Notes: generated by a model from the sequence alone, not told the origin. Shown: positions 10,201 to 19,826, counted from the first letter of the stretch. The stretch is 62,059 nt of DNA from Clostridiales bacterium (GCA_021205205.1 JAJPXY010000052.1:1-62059), one strand, 5' to 3'. Numbers and translations: made by a program.

Positions 10201-11711
10201 AGATCGTCAGCTTTGGCTGCGGCCACGACGCCATTTTGTCCGATGAGATCAGCCGGATTTTGACCGAAAGCGGCAGCAAGTCCCCCCTCATCCTCAAGGT
10301 GGACGAGAGCGACGCCACCGGCTCCCTGGGCATCCGCATCCAGTCCTTCCTGGAGACCATCGACATCAAGCGGCGGGACGCCCGCCTGCGGGAGGCGCTG
10401 GAACACTGGCGCCGGGACCTGCCCGCGCCCAGCCCCACCAAGTTCTACAAAAAGGACAAAAAGACCCGCACCATCCTGGTGCCCAACATCTCCAAAGAGG
10501 TCTCGGTGCTGCTCTCCGCCATCATGGAGAAGGAGAACTACAAGGTCCAGACCCTGCCCATCGGGGGCCGGGAACAAATCGCCTTGGGGAAAAAGTACGT
10601 CCACAACGACATCTGTTTCCCCTGCCAGATGGTCATCGGGGAACTCATCAGCGCCTTGCAGGAGGGCCACTACCGGCAGGACGAGGTGGCCGTGGCCATG
10701 GTGAAGTTCCAGTGCGACTGCCGGATGTCCCATTACGCGGGACTGCTCCGCAAGGGGCTGGACCGGGCCGGGTTCACGGAGGTCCCCATTGTGACCACCG
10801 ACATGAGCGACACCAAGGAGATGCACCCTGGCGTGGCGGTGCTGGGCGTCAGCGCCGTGTGGGAGGCGGTGTGGACCTTTATGATGCTGGACATCCTCAC
10901 CGACCTGTGCCGGAAGATACGCCCCTACGAGCTGCACCCCGGCGAGACGGACGAGGTCTATAACGACTGCGTGGCCCAGGTGGCGGAGGGTATCCGCAGC
11001 GGCGTGGGCAGCGCCAGGCGGGCGTTCGCCCGGTGCATTGACCGGATGGGGCAAATCCCCTATGACCGGAGCCACCTGAAGCCCATGGTGTTCGTCACCG
11101 GCGAACTGCTGGTGACCTACCACCCCGGCTCCAACTTCAACATCGAGCGGTACCTGGAGGCCAACGGCATGGAGACGGCCTTCCCCCGCATCACCGACCA
11201 GCTGCGGAAGGACTTCCGGGCCACGGAGTGCGAAATTAAGGACTACCACGCCAACATTCCGCCCTATCCCCAGCTGGTGGAGGGCCTGTTCGACTACGTG
11301 CAGCGGCAGCTGGAGAAAATCGCCGTGCGGCACCCCCTTTACGAGCGCGTCAAACGGCCCAAGGACCTGTACCAGGAGGTCAGCGACATCATCCCGGAGA
11401 CGCTGAGCTGCGGCGAGGGCTGGCTGATGGCCGCGGAGATCGCCCACAACGCCAAGCGGGGCGTCAAGTCCTTCATCATTTTGCAGCCCTTCGGCTGCCT
11501 GCCCAACCACGTCTGCGGCCGGGGCGTCATCAAGCGGCTCAAGGAGGAGTACCCCGACATCTCCATCCTGCCCCTGGACCTGGACCCGGACACCAGCTAC
11601 GCCAACGTGGAAAACCGGCTGCAAATGCTCATCATGAACCGCGGCGCACAGGGAGCGAAGCGGGAGTGCCGCTTGACGGCGCAGCAGACGGCGCAGGCCA
11701 CCGCCAGCTGA
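7299..11711 (+). CDS. Fused double BadF/BcrAD-type activase + reductase/dehydratase-like protein; plasmalogen synthase PlsA/PlsR-like
   Basis: Two ASKHA ATPase modules (GIDVGSTT..ELGGQDAK..NGSCAGGTG; GIDSGSTT..DIGGQDMK..NEACSSGCG), CxxCxxxC..NRC, then two 2-hydroxyacyl-CoA dehydratase-like modules (VCFPAK, SFGCGHD, ICFPCQ, GEGW, QPFGCLPNH); GTG 7299 follows AAAGGAAG. Confidence 0.85.
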   Translation: MEGTDRNLRIGIDVGSTTVKVVVTDPESGRTLHARYVRHNARQQETVDSLLREAAERFPKERFRGAVCGSGGRPIAQKLGVPYIQEVVANSAAVRALYPNVKTAVELGGQDAKVVFFHYDEQKGQLQTSDMRMNGSCAGGTGAFIDEVAALLNVEPEQFEALAEQGCTVYDISGRCGVFAKTDIQPLLLSGARKGDIALSTFHAIVKQTIGGLAQGLELEAPIIFEGGPLTFHPTLIRVFAERLHLSEQDIVRPEHPETIVAYGTAIAIDQLFPQETDTITLGELSARLARSDGPAASEEDVQEPLFPSLQAQQAFQARHDRELKDLCPPQPVDGELRVWLGIDSGSTTSKFVLLDEEERVIDRFYANNQGEPLLVVRDGLNAMKRKYDAQGIKLTVLGLGTTGYGENLLARAYGADYHTVETVAHAMGCAQYYPEATFLLDIGGQDMKAIWLEDGIITNIMLNEACSSGCGSFLENFAVNLHIPVEEIADAAFRSAAPARLGSRCTVFMNSTIINEQRRGKGPDDIMAGLCRSIIENVFTKVVRISNTAQLGDCIVVQGGTFRNRAVLRALEEYLGAEVRLAPYPGEMGAIGAALAVKRQVAESGYQNGVCSSFIGFDAVEHFTYETQTGVQCMGCGNRCSRTVVRFSTGTQRISGNRCEKGAVEALDGSAPEKPAKEKPADLFVERERLLFQDYPYHQAAPDKGEVIGLPRVLEFWDSMPFWSTFFRALGYRVKFSPKSSRRIYEQGLQYVASDTVCFPAKLVHGHIMELSRMGVDRIFFPYVMHMPPEGVDRASPYVCSVLQGYPMVVRNAQDPGRGGKVIFDTPVFHWFAEKDRKKQICRYAVETLGVPKEAAESAFADGEQALLSFRKTLTDRGEAILRQAHETGSYAVVLAGRPYHTDPFICHDIFKRFEERGVPVLTVDSLPHLSEQDLKNTTIEITNNFHTRMLEGAMVAAKDPALEYVQIVSFGCGHDAILSDEISRILTESGSKSPLILKVDESDATGSLGIRIQSFLETIDIKRRDARLREALEHWRRDLPAPSPTKFYKKDKKTRTILVPNISKEVSVLLSAIMEKENYKVQTLPIGGREQIALGKKYVHNDICFPCQMVIGELISALQEGHYRQDEVAVAMVKFQCDCRMSHYAGLLRKGLDRAGFTEVPIVTTDMSDTKEMHPGVAVLGVSAVWEAVWTFMMLDILTDLCRKIRPYELHPGETDEVYNDCVAQVAEGIRSGVGSARRAFARCIDRMGQIPYDRSHLKPMVFVTGELLVTYHPGSNFNIERYLEANGMETAFPRITDQLRKDFRATECEIKDYHANIPPYPQLVEGLFDYVQRQLEKIAVRHPLYERVKRPKDLYQEVSDIIPETLSCGEGWLMAAEIAHNAKRGVKSFIILQPFGCLPNHVCGRGVIKRLKEEYPDISILPLDLDPDTSYANVENRLQMLIMNRGAQGAKRECRLTAQQTAQATAS

Positions 11712-11810
11712 CGGGGCCACCCCGGCCGCGGGGAGCGCAGAGCGGCATACGATTCCAAAAACAGACGGGCGGAGCCTCCCAACCCCGGAGACCCCGCTCG
11801 TTTTCTCGTC

Positions 11811-12602
11811 TCATTCGTCCCTGTCACGGTCGCGCTGCGCCGCCGGGCGGTACTCGATGTATTGGTAAGTGCTGCGCTGGCTGCGCTGCTCCATACAGGC
11901 CAGCACCTGGTCGCGCAGCTGCTTCTTCTGCTCCCGCCGGGGCAGATTCTGGTCAGGGTAAAACGGCCCGTCCAGGTAGACGGTGAGTCTCGGCTTGCCG
12001 GAGAACCGCCGGGCCTGATAGGTGGTGGTCATGCAAAAGGCGGGGACGTGGCTGTTCACCGCGTAGTCGAAGGAGGTCTCCGGGAAGGGGCGTATCTGGG
12101 TACAGTAGGGCCAGACGTGGCCCTCTGGGTAGACCACGACACAGTTCTTTTCCCGCAGCCGCTGCCCCACGGCCCGGAGGAACCGGGGCATTTGCGCCAG
12201 GTTCCCCGGGATGGGGAGCGCCCCCATCCGGGGCAGCAGCCGACCGAGCACCGGTATCCCCAAGTTGGCGGGGCTGACGACCACGTAACACCGCTTGGGG
12301 GCGCACACCAGCGCCGGGACAAAAGCGTCCCCGATGGGCTGGGTGTGGTTTCCGTAGACGACGGCTCCGCTGTCGCGGTACGCCTTCCAGTCCACAGCCC
12401 GCACGATTTTCAGGTGCAGACAGAGCTTCCCATACAGCGCCGCGAACAGATACCCCGCCCCGTACAGCGCCGCCGCCAACAGCTTGGCCCACCTGTCGTC
12501 CCGTATCCAGGTGTAGTCCGACCGCAGGGCATAGTCCTGGTCGGCGCTCTCCACAAAGTCATCCTGAAAGGTTTTGTAATAGCAAATGCGTTTCCTGGCC
12601 AT
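11811..12602 (-). CDS. PlsC/lysophospholipid acyltransferase family protein
   Basis: GNHTQPIGD and VVYPEGH blocks. Confidence 0.85.
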   Translation of the reverse strand: MARKRICYYKTFQDDFVESADQDYALRSDYTWIRDDRWAKLLAAALYGAGYLFAALYGKLCLHLKIVRAVDWKAYRDSGAVVYGNHTQPIGDAFVPALVCAPKRCYVVVSPANLGIPVLGRLLPRMGALPIPGNLAQMPRFLRAVGQRLREKNCVVVYPEGHVWPYCTQIRPFPETSFDYAVNSHVPAFCMTTTYQARRFSGKPRLTVYLDGPFYPDQNLPRREQKKQLRDQVLACMEQRSQRSTYQYIEYRPAAQRDRDRDE

Positions 12603-12647
12603 AGGGCGTCCCTCCTGTCCGCACCGCGCCGCGAGGCTCCAGCGGCG

Positions 12648-13388
12648 TCATCTGTGCCTGTCCGCTCCCAGCCAGGGCAGGTATTCGACTGCGATCAAGG
12701 CCACGATCAGAGCCGCATAGGCCGGGAGATATGCGGCCCCGACCTGCTCCTGGAGCGTTTGCAGCGGGGACCCGGGCGAACCGCGGAGCAGGAAAAAGTA
12801 GTTCGTCCCAAGACGCCGGTCGATTAGGTAGATGGGCGGCGCTGCGACCGCCAGGAACAGCACCGGTTTCCACATCGCCGTCAGCCGGGGCCTGACCGTC
12901 TTGCCCACCAGCTGCCAGACACCGTAGAGAATCAGACCGCCGTGGACGAAGAAGCCGGTCAGGTTCATATAATTCCACTGGGGATACCGGTTCCAGTCGG
13001 GGAAGAGCAGGGCCAGCGCCGCGCCCGCGATCCCCAGGCTGTAAATCGTCTGCCCCGCCCAGTCCCAGTGCGTATAGGAAAAAAGCAGGCACACCACCGG
13101 CATCAGCGTACACAGGTGCAGGGGCAGCTGATAGACGGTCTGATGCCCGGTGGCGAGCAGGATGATATGCTCCGCCGCGAGGACGTCGCACATGGACCAC
13201 GCCAGGGCTTTGCTGAGTCTGCGCTGTGTCCGGGCGCTTTTCCCCCGGAACCATCGCGACAGCAGCACGGTACCGGCGGTGATCGCCGCGAGCCACGCGA
13301 GATGTACCGGGGAAAAGTGGGAAAATCCCACGTCTGCCGGCAATTCTGTTTCATAGGCGAAAAAACAAGGCGCAGTCCCCCCTACCAT
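12648..13388 (-). CDS. YwaF / TP0381-type (TMEM164-related) integral membrane protein
   Basis: ~6 hydrophobic helices; F.FSPVH, LPLHLC, FFVHG, GTNYFFL motifs; start position uncertain. Confidence 0.75.
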   Translation of the reverse strand: MVGGTAPCFFAYETELPADVGFSHFSPVHLAWLAAITAGTVLLSRWFRGKSARTQRRLSKALAWSMCDVLAAEHIILLATGHQTVYQLPLHLCTLMPVVCLLFSYTHWDWAGQTIYSLGIAGAALALLFPDWNRYPQWNYMNLTGFFVHGGLILYGVWQLVGKTVRPRLTAMWKPVLFLAVAAPPIYLIDRRLGTNYFFLLRGSPGSPLQTLQEQVGAAYLPAYAALIVALIAVEYLPWLGADRHR

Positions 13389-13883
13389 CGTTTCACAAGG
13401 CGTTCCGCCAGGCGGACTGCCTTTTCTGTTTTGTCTGCCTATAGTATACCACAAACGTTGGAAAACCGGCAGCCGGAACAGTATTTTTTCCGGGGACCGC
13501 GCAAAGGGAGGGGCTGTTCTGCCGCAGGAGGCGGCCCATCGCTGCCGCTATTTTACCACAGGGGCAGGTCTTTGTAAATCTGTCCGGCATATTTCGCAGC
13601 AAGCGCGGCCGGAGGACGCCAAAATGCAGGGTTTTTCTCCAACGGAACCATCCGGGCGTTACCGCCGTGCTTATCCGTTTAATATTTCCGATTCGGAAGG
13701 AAAAACCGTTTTAAGTTGATATTTTACACTTTATTCACAAAAATTCGCTTAAAGTTTAGGTTCGCTTGTTCTGCCTCCGCTATAATATAGATGATTCCCC
13801 CCTCAGCGAGTTTTCCCCGTCCGGGCGGAGGGAGCGCGCTGCCACACACCCTCTGGGGATTTCTATCCGAAAAGGAGGCCCTT

Positions 13884-14597
13884 ATGCTGCAAATCAAAGA
13901 CATCCGAAAGCAGTATCATACCGGCGACCTGGTGCAACAGGCGCTGGACGGCGTGTCCCTGGAATTCCGGGACAATGAATTTGTGGCCATCCTCGGCCCC
14001 AGCGGGTCGGGCAAGACCACGCTGCTGAACATCATCGGCGGACTGGACCGCTACGACACCGGCGACCTGATCATCAACGGCGTCTCCACCAAAAAGTACA
14101 AGGACCGGGACTGGGACGCCTACCGCAACCATTCCATCGGCTTCGTCTTTCAGAGCTACAACCTTATCACGCACCAATCCATCCTGGCCAACGTGGAGCT
14201 GGCGCTGACCCTTTCCGGCGTTCCCCGGTCAGAGCGCCGGGAGCGGGCCACAAAAATGCTGGACAAGGTGGGGCTGGGCAACCAGATCCACAAAAAGCCC
14301 AACCAGCTCTCCGGCGGGCAGATGCAGCGGGTTGCCATCGCCCGGGCGCTGGTCAACGACCCGGACATCCTGCTGGCCGACGAGCCCACCGGCGCGCTGG
14401 ACACCCAAACCGGAATCCAGGTCATGGAGCTGCTGAAGGAGGTGGCCGAGGACCGGCTGGTCATCATGGTGACCCACAACCCGGAGCTGGCCGAGCAGTA
14501 CGCCACCCGAATCATCCGGGTAAAGGACGGGCGGCTGCTCTCCGACTCCCGGCCGCTGACCGAGGCCGAGCGGGCGCAGTGCGCCGCGGAGGTGTGA
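13884..14597 (+). CDS. ABC transporter ATP-binding protein (MacB/LolD type)
   Basis: [27 protein letters not shown]; AAGGAGG RBS. Confidence 0.95.
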   Translation: MLQIKDIRKQYHTGDLVQQALDGVSLEFRDNEFVAILGPSGSGKTTLLNIIGGLDRYDTGDLIINGVSTKKYKDRDWDAYRNHSIGFVFQSYNLITHQSILANVELALTLSGVPRSERRERATKMLDKVGLGNQIHKKPNQLSGGQMQRVAIARALVNDPDILLADEPTGALDTQTGIQVMELLKEVAEDRLVIMVTHNPELAEQYATRIIRVKDGRLLSDSRPLTEAERAQCAAEV

Positions 14598-14600
14598 ACA

Positions 14601-17600
14601 ATGCGAAAAAAACAGAAAAAAGCGCAGAATACCAGGACCTCCATGTCGTTCCTAACGGCGCTGGGCCTCTCCGCCAACAATCTGCGCACCAAAAAGGGCC
14701 GGACGCTGATGACCGCCTTCGCGGGCAGCATCGGCATCATCGGCATTGCGCTGATTCTGGCCCTTTCCAGCGGCGTAAACGACTATATTCAGGGCATCGA
14801 GGAGGACACCCTGGCCGAGTACCCCCTCCAAATCACCAGCTCCGCCTTTGACATCTCCTCGCTGCTGTCCACCATGTCCTCCTCGGATGTGACGGGCAAC
14901 GTAATTGAAGCGGAGGCCGACGCGGAAATCTCCGTGACAGAGGTCATCTCCACCCTGTTCTCCCAGATGAACTCCAACGACCTGGCCTCGCTGAAGGAGT
15001 ACATCGAGAGCGGCGAGAGCGACCTGATGGACTACGTCTCCTCCATCGAGTATATCTACGACCTGGAGCCGGAAATCTACCTCCAGGACGGCGACTCCGT
15101 CCGGCGGGTCAACCCGGACGACTCTCTCAGTCTCAGCAGCGGTTCCATTTTCTCCAGCTTCATGTCCTCATCCGGCATCACCTCGTTCTACGCCATGCCG
15201 GAGCAGGAGTCCCTGTATATGAGCCAGTACGACGTGCTGGCGGGTCATTGGCCGGAAAACTACAACGAGTGCGTGTTGGTCCTGACCTCGGACGGCAGCG
15301 TCAGCGACTATATGCTGTACACCCTTGGCCTGCGGGATTACTCCGAGCTGGAGAACATCATCGAGCAGTATTCCGACGGCGAGGACGTCGTCGGAATCAA
15401 GAACATCGGCGCGTATACCTATGACGACGTGCTGGGTATCACCTTCAAGGTGGTTTGCAGCGCCGACTACTACGCCTACGACAGCGAATACGACGTCTGG
15501 GTGGACAAGACAGACAATGAGGAATATCTGGCCGAGCTGGTGGAAAACGGGGAAGATCTGACCATCGTCGGGGTGGTGCAACCCTCCGAGGACGCCTCCG
15601 GCGCGGCCCTGTCCTCCGGCATCAACTACCCCATGTCCCTGATTTACCACATATCGGAGCTGTCGGAGAGCAGCGACGCGGTCCAGGCCCAGCTGGCCAA
15701 CCCGGATGTCAACATTTTCACCGGGGAGGAGTTCGGTGAGGACACCGACGAGTTTGATTTAAGCTCCGTGCTCTCCATCGACGAGGACGCACTGTCCGAC
15801 CTGTTCGACCTGAGCGGCCTGACGGATTCCTTTACCTTCGACCTGTCCTCCATGGACCTGGATACCAGTTCCCTGGACCTGGATTTCAGCTCGATGGACC
15901 TGGACTTTTCCTCGCTGGACCTGGACATCGACCTGAGTGCGCTGGACCTGTCCTCCATGGACCTGGACCTGAGTCTGGACTCCAGCTCGCTGGACCTCTC
16001 CGACTATCTGGACCTGAGTTCCATTGATTTGAGCTCCATCGATGCAAGCTCCATCGAAATCGGCCTGTCGGGCCTGGACCTGAACGAACTGCTCAGCGGC
16101 ATCACGCTGGACATCTCCCAGGACGCCGTGACCGACCTGACCAACGACCTGCTGGCCGGGTATGAGACCTATCTGGAGAGCAACTCCGGCGCATCCTATT
16201 CCGACCTGACAGACGACTTTTCCGCCTATCTGAACAGCGATGAGGCGGCGGACCTCATTGAGGACTTTTTGAACGACCTGATAAAAAACAGCGAAGTCTC
16301 CGTTCCGACTGACGGCCTGACCGAGGTCATCGAGAAGAGCCTGAAAGAGGCCGAGGAGGCGGGGACCCCCGTCACCGCGGATACCCTCGTCACCGCAGTC
16401 GCCAACTACGTCAACGAGTCGGCGGAGGTTTCGGTCAGCGTCGGCGACGCTGACCTCAGCGGTCTGGTCAGTTCGCTGGTCTCCGGCTACAGCGACTACG
16501 CGAAGGCCAACGGCCTGACCACCTTCGACAGCGTCAGCGAGAGCTTTTCCGCCTATCTCAGCACAGACGAGGCGGCGCAGATTTTGTCCGACGGCCTGAT
16601 GAGCATGGTGGATATGGACGCCATACAGGAGCAGGTGGCCGACACTCTGGAGGACTATTTGCAGACCGCCTTCGCCTCTGCGCTGTCCGCCTACACGGAG
16701 GCGCTGTCGGCGGCCATCGAGGAGCAGCTCACCGCCGCCATGGAGCAGATGATGAGCGGGCTGACGGAACAGCTCAGCGCGCAGGTTTCCGCCCAGCTGT
16801 CCAGCGCCATGGAGCAGATGATGGGACAAGTGTCAGAAGAAATCACCGCGCAACTCTCCACCCAGCTGTCCGGCGCCCTGTCGTCCATGACTGACGAGGT
16901 CATGGAGCAGCTTTCCGGCCAGCTTTCGGACAGCATGGAGTCCATGATGACCGAGATGATGGAGGGTCTGTCGGACAGTCTGGCGGACTCCCTGACCATC
17001 GACGCGGACACGCTGACGGACGCTTTCAACTTCAACATGGATAGCGACGCGCTGACCGAGCTGCTGTCCTCCATGAGCGACTCTGTGGGCACGGATTATA
17101 CAAGCAACCTGACATCCCTGGGCTACGCGGACTTCGCAACGCCCAGCGAAATCGACATCTATCCCATCGACTTTGACGCCAAGGAGGAGGTCGTGGCCAT
17201 TCTGGACAGCTACAACGACCAGATGGACGCCGCAGGCGAGACGGATAAAATCATCTCCTACACCGACCTGGCCGGTACCATGATGTCCTCGGTGACGACC
17301 ATCATCAACGTGGTCTCCTATGTGCTGATCGCGTTCATCGCGGTCTCTCTGGTGGTGTCCTGCATTATGATCTCCATTATCACCCAAATCTCCGTTATGG
17401 AGCGGACCAAGGAGATCGGTATCCTCCGCGCCATCGGCGCCAGCAAGGGGAACATCTCCCTGGTGTTCAACGCGGAGACCTTCATCATCGGCAGCTGCTC
17501 CGGCCTGATCGGTGTGATCGTGACGGAGCTGTTGATTTTCCCCATCAACAGCCTGATCCACGGCCTGGTGGGAGACACCTCAGTCAACGCAGTCCTGCCC

Positions 17601-17717
17601 TGGACCTATGCGGGTATGCTGGTCATTCTCAGCATTGTCATCACCGTGCTCAGCGGGCTGGTGCCCGCCTGGCGGGCGGCCAAGCTGGACCCGGTCACCG
17701 CCCTGCGGTCGGAATAA
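14601..17717 (+). CDS. MacB/FtsX-type ABC permease with large acidic extracytoplasmic domain
   Basis: N-terminal TM ([16 protein letters not shown]), C-terminal FtsX block ([14 protein letters not shown]...[10 protein letters not shown]); GGAGGTG RBS. Confidence 0.9.
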   Translation: MRKKQKKAQNTRTSMSFLTALGLSANNLRTKKGRTLMTAFAGSIGIIGIALILALSSGVNDYIQGIEEDTLAEYPLQITSSAFDISSLLSTMSSSDVTGNVIEAEADAEISVTEVISTLFSQMNSNDLASLKEYIESGESDLMDYVSSIEYIYDLEPEIYLQDGDSVRRVNPDDSLSLSSGSIFSSFMSSSGITSFYAMPEQESLYMSQYDVLAGHWPENYNECVLVLTSDGSVSDYMLYTLGLRDYSELENIIEQYSDGEDVVGIKNIGAYTYDDVLGITFKVVCSADYYAYDSEYDVWVDKTDNEEYLAELVENGEDLTIVGVVQPSEDASGAALSSGINYPMSLIYHISELSESSDAVQAQLANPDVNIFTGEEFGEDTDEFDLSSVLSIDEDALSDLFDLSGLTDSFTFDLSSMDLDTSSLDLDFSSMDLDFSSLDLDIDLSALDLSSMDLDLSLDSSSLDLSDYLDLSSIDLSSIDASSIEIGLSGLDLNELLSGITLDISQDAVTDLTNDLLAGYETYLESNSGASYSDLTDDFSAYLNSDEAADLIEDFLNDLIKNSEVSVPTDGLTEVIEKSLKEAEEAGTPVTADTLVTAVANYVNESAEVSVSVGDADLSGLVSSLVSGYSDYAKANGLTTFDSVSESFSAYLSTDEAAQILSDGLMSMVDMDAIQEQVADTLEDYLQTAFASALSAYTEALSAAIEEQLTAAMEQMMSGLTEQLSAQVSAQLSSAMEQMMGQVSEEITAQLSTQLSGALSSMTDEVMEQLSGQLSDSMESMMTEMMEGLSDSLADSLTIDADTLTDAFNFNMDSDALTELLSSMSDSVGTDYTSNLTSLGYADFATPSEIDIYPIDFDAKEEVVAILDSYNDQMDAAGETDKIISYTDLAGTMMSSVTTIINVVSYVLIAFIAVSLVVSCIMISIITQISVMERTKEIGILRAIGASKGNISLVFNAETFIIGSCSGLIGVIVTELLIFPINSLIHGLVGDTSVNAVLPWTYAGMLVILSIVITVLSGLVPAWRAAKLDPVTALRSE

Positions 17718-17953
17718 CCCCCGGTCTGCCAACGGGAAATCGGCATCACCCAACATCAAAAAACGTTCAAATGAGATACTACTTCCCATCGAGGAAGCGG
17801 ACGCCGACGCCTCCAGCGCGTTTGAGGCCGCGGAGGAGGGCGACAGCTCGGCGGGCTGACCGCTTTCCACAGGGTGAGGAAACCACAATGACAAAAGGGG
17901 CGGCAGATGCGTTCTGCCGCCCCCGCTGCTTTCAGAGGGTGAATTGCCTGGTT

Positions 17954-18247
17954 TTATAACTCCGTGTGCAGGTAGAGATACAGCACTCCGCCCCACAGTC
18001 CCACGAGGATGGCCGGGTAGCCGATGGCGCACAGCAGCCAGCCCCACTGGATGGGCTGGCCCAGCACCGCCCAAACCGCCAGGCAGACCCCGCCGCCCAA
18101 AACGCCCCACAGGAGGGTGTTCAGCACCAGAAAGAGCTTGCAGCCCAACAGACTGACGCCCTTCGTGGAGGGTTTGACGTTTTCCTGTTTTCCTGCCCGC
18201 AGCAGCCAGTTCAGCAGCTGCCGGGCGATTCCGACTTGCATTGTCAT
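17954..18247 (-). CDS. Small hypothetical membrane protein (2 TM)
   Basis: GAGGTG RBS, two hydrophobic segments, co-oriented directly after phoU. Confidence 0.6.
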   Translation of the reverse strand: MTMQVGIARQLLNWLLRAGKQENVKPSTKGVSLLGCKLFLVLNTLLWGVLGGGVCLAVWAVLGQPIQWGWLLCAIGYPAILVGLWGGVLYLYLHTEL

Positions 18248-18314
18248 CGTTTTTTCACCTCGTTCTCTTTTTCCAACGGTTTCCCGGGCGTTTGGCTGCT
18301 GATTTGAAACAGGC

Positions 18315-19016
18315 TTAGCGCTGACTGGGCTGCGCGCCGAGGTTTTCCTCGTCCATCTGCTCGGGATGAACGCCCAGGATGGAGAACTCCACCCACTCGG
18401 CGATGTTGGTGGCGTGGTCGCCGATGCGCTCCAGGTACTTGGCGATCATCAGGAAGTCCAGCGCCTGCTGGCCGCAGCTGGGGTCTTTGGCGATCAGGCC
18501 GATCAGCTCGTGCTGGATGGTGATGAACAGATTGTCCACCGTATCATCGGACTCGATGACCTCCTGGGCCAGCTTCAAATCCTGCTCCACATAGGCGTTG
18601 ATGCACTTCTGCACCATCTCGATGGTGGCGCTGGCCATGGCCGCGATGTGGTCTATCTTCTTGATATACTCCTGGCTGGTCAGGGACAGGACGATTTCCG
18701 CGATGTCCCCCGCCTGGTCGCCGATACGCTCCATGTCGGAGATCATTTTCAGCGCGGAGGAGATCTGCCGCAGGTCCCGGGCCACCGGCTGCTGTTTCAG
18801 CAGCAGCTTCAGGCACAGGGACTCGATGTCCCGCTCCAGGTGGTCGATCTCCGCGTCCATCTCGATGGTTTTACGGGCCAACTCCGGGTCCTTTTCCATC
18901 AGGGCCTTGGCGGCGGAGTCGATGGCCTGCTCGCAGCTGGCTCCCATCTGAATCAGGCTGCGGTTCAGCTGAACCATCTGTTCTTCAAAGGTTTTTCTGG
19001 GTTTCAACGTGTTCAT
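18315..19016 (-). CDS. phoU: Phosphate signalling protein PhoU
   Basis: QQPVARDLR, DMERIGD, YLERIGDHATNIAE. Confidence 0.95.
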   Translation of the reverse strand: MNTLKPRKTFEEQMVQLNRSLIQMGASCEQAIDSAAKALMEKDPELARKTIEMDAEIDHLERDIESLCLKLLLKQQPVARDLRQISSALKMISDMERIGDQAGDIAEIVLSLTSQEYIKKIDHIAAMASATIEMVQKCINAYVEQDLKLAQEVIESDDTVDNLFITIQHELIGLIAKDPSCGQQALDFLMIAKYLERIGDHATNIAEWVEFSILGVHPEQMDEENLGAQPSQR

Positions 19017-19039
19017 AGTGATTCCTCCCGTTCCCGCCG

Positions 19040-19819
19040 TTATCCAAACCGGCCGGTGATGTAATCCTCGGTCCGCTGGTCCTTCGGCATAGAGAAGATT
19101 TGGTCGGTCTTGCCGAACTCCACCAGCTCACCCAGCAGGAAGAAGGCGGTGTTGTCGCTGATGCGGACGGCCTGCTGCATATTGTGGGTGACGATGACCA
19201 CGGTGTAGTTCTTTTTCAGTTCGCTCATCAGCTCCTCGATTTTCATGGTGGAGCCGGGGTCCAGCGCGGAGGTGGGTTCGTCCATCAGCAGCACCTCCGG
19301 CTTCACCGCCAGGGCGCGGGCGATGCACAGCCGCTGCTGCTGGCCGCCGGAGAGGCCCAGGGCGCTCTTTTTCAGCCGGTCCTTGACCTCGTCCCATAAG
19401 GCGGCCCCCCGCAGGGACTCCTCCACCAGCTCATCCAGCTGGGCGCGGTTCTTGATGCCGTGAATTTTGGGGCCGTAGGTGATGTTGTCGTAGATGGACA
19501 TGGGGAAGGGGTTGGCCTTCTGGAAAACCATGCCCACCTTGCGGCGCAACTCGTTGACATCCTGCTCCTTGGCGAAGATGTCCTGGCCGTGGAGCTTGAC
19601 CTCGCCGGTGATTTTCACGCCCTCCACCAGGTCGTTCATCCGGTTCAGCGTCTTTAAGAAGGTGGACTTGCCGCAGCCGGAGGGGCCGATGAAGGCGGTG
19701 ATCTCCCGCTCGTTGATGTCCATATCAATGCCCTTCAGGGCCTGAAAGGACCCATAATACAGTTCCAGGTTCCGGGCGGTAATAATCGGCTCGGTTTTGG
19801 TGATTTCCTGTGTGCTCAT
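19040..19819 (-). CDS. pstB: Phosphate ABC transporter ATPase
   Basis: [36 protein letters not shown]. Confidence 0.97.
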   Translation of the reverse strand: MSTQEITKTEPIITARNLELYYGSFQALKGIDMDINEREITAFIGPSGCGKSTFLKTLNRMNDLVEGVKITGEVKLHGQDIFAKEQDVNELRRKVGMVFQKANPFPMSIYDNITYGPKIHGIKNRAQLDELVEESLRGAALWDEVKDRLKKSALGLSGGQQQRLCIARALAVKPEVLLMDEPTSALDPGSTMKIEELMSELKKNYTVVIVTHNMQQAVRISDNTAFFLLGELVEFGKTDQIFSMPKDQRTEDYITGRFG

Positions 19820-19826
19820 ATTTCTT

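Noticed and set aside
8784-11720. Long antisense and alternate-frame ORFs (e.g. 8784-11720, 988-2817, 42082-45681, 35145-37118, 56756-58933)
   Set aside because: Shadows of high-GC genes with strong codon bias; no motifs or RBS
13790-13880. Structured 5' leaders of the ABC exporter and of pstS as riboswitches
   Set aside because: Only generic stems; no recognisable aptamer consensus
14595-14660. Selenocysteine recoding of the in-frame TGA
   Set aside because: No SECIS-like hairpin follows, the site is a non-catalytic linker, and a good RBS/ATG explains the downstream ORF
15830-16090. Short repeats resembling a CRISPR or VNTR array
   Set aside because: In-frame, degenerate coding repeats with no constant repeat-spacer pattern and no cas genes
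17718-17860. REIGI-like and acidic peptide fragments after the permease stop
   Set aside because: Too short and frame-broken to call a gene remnant
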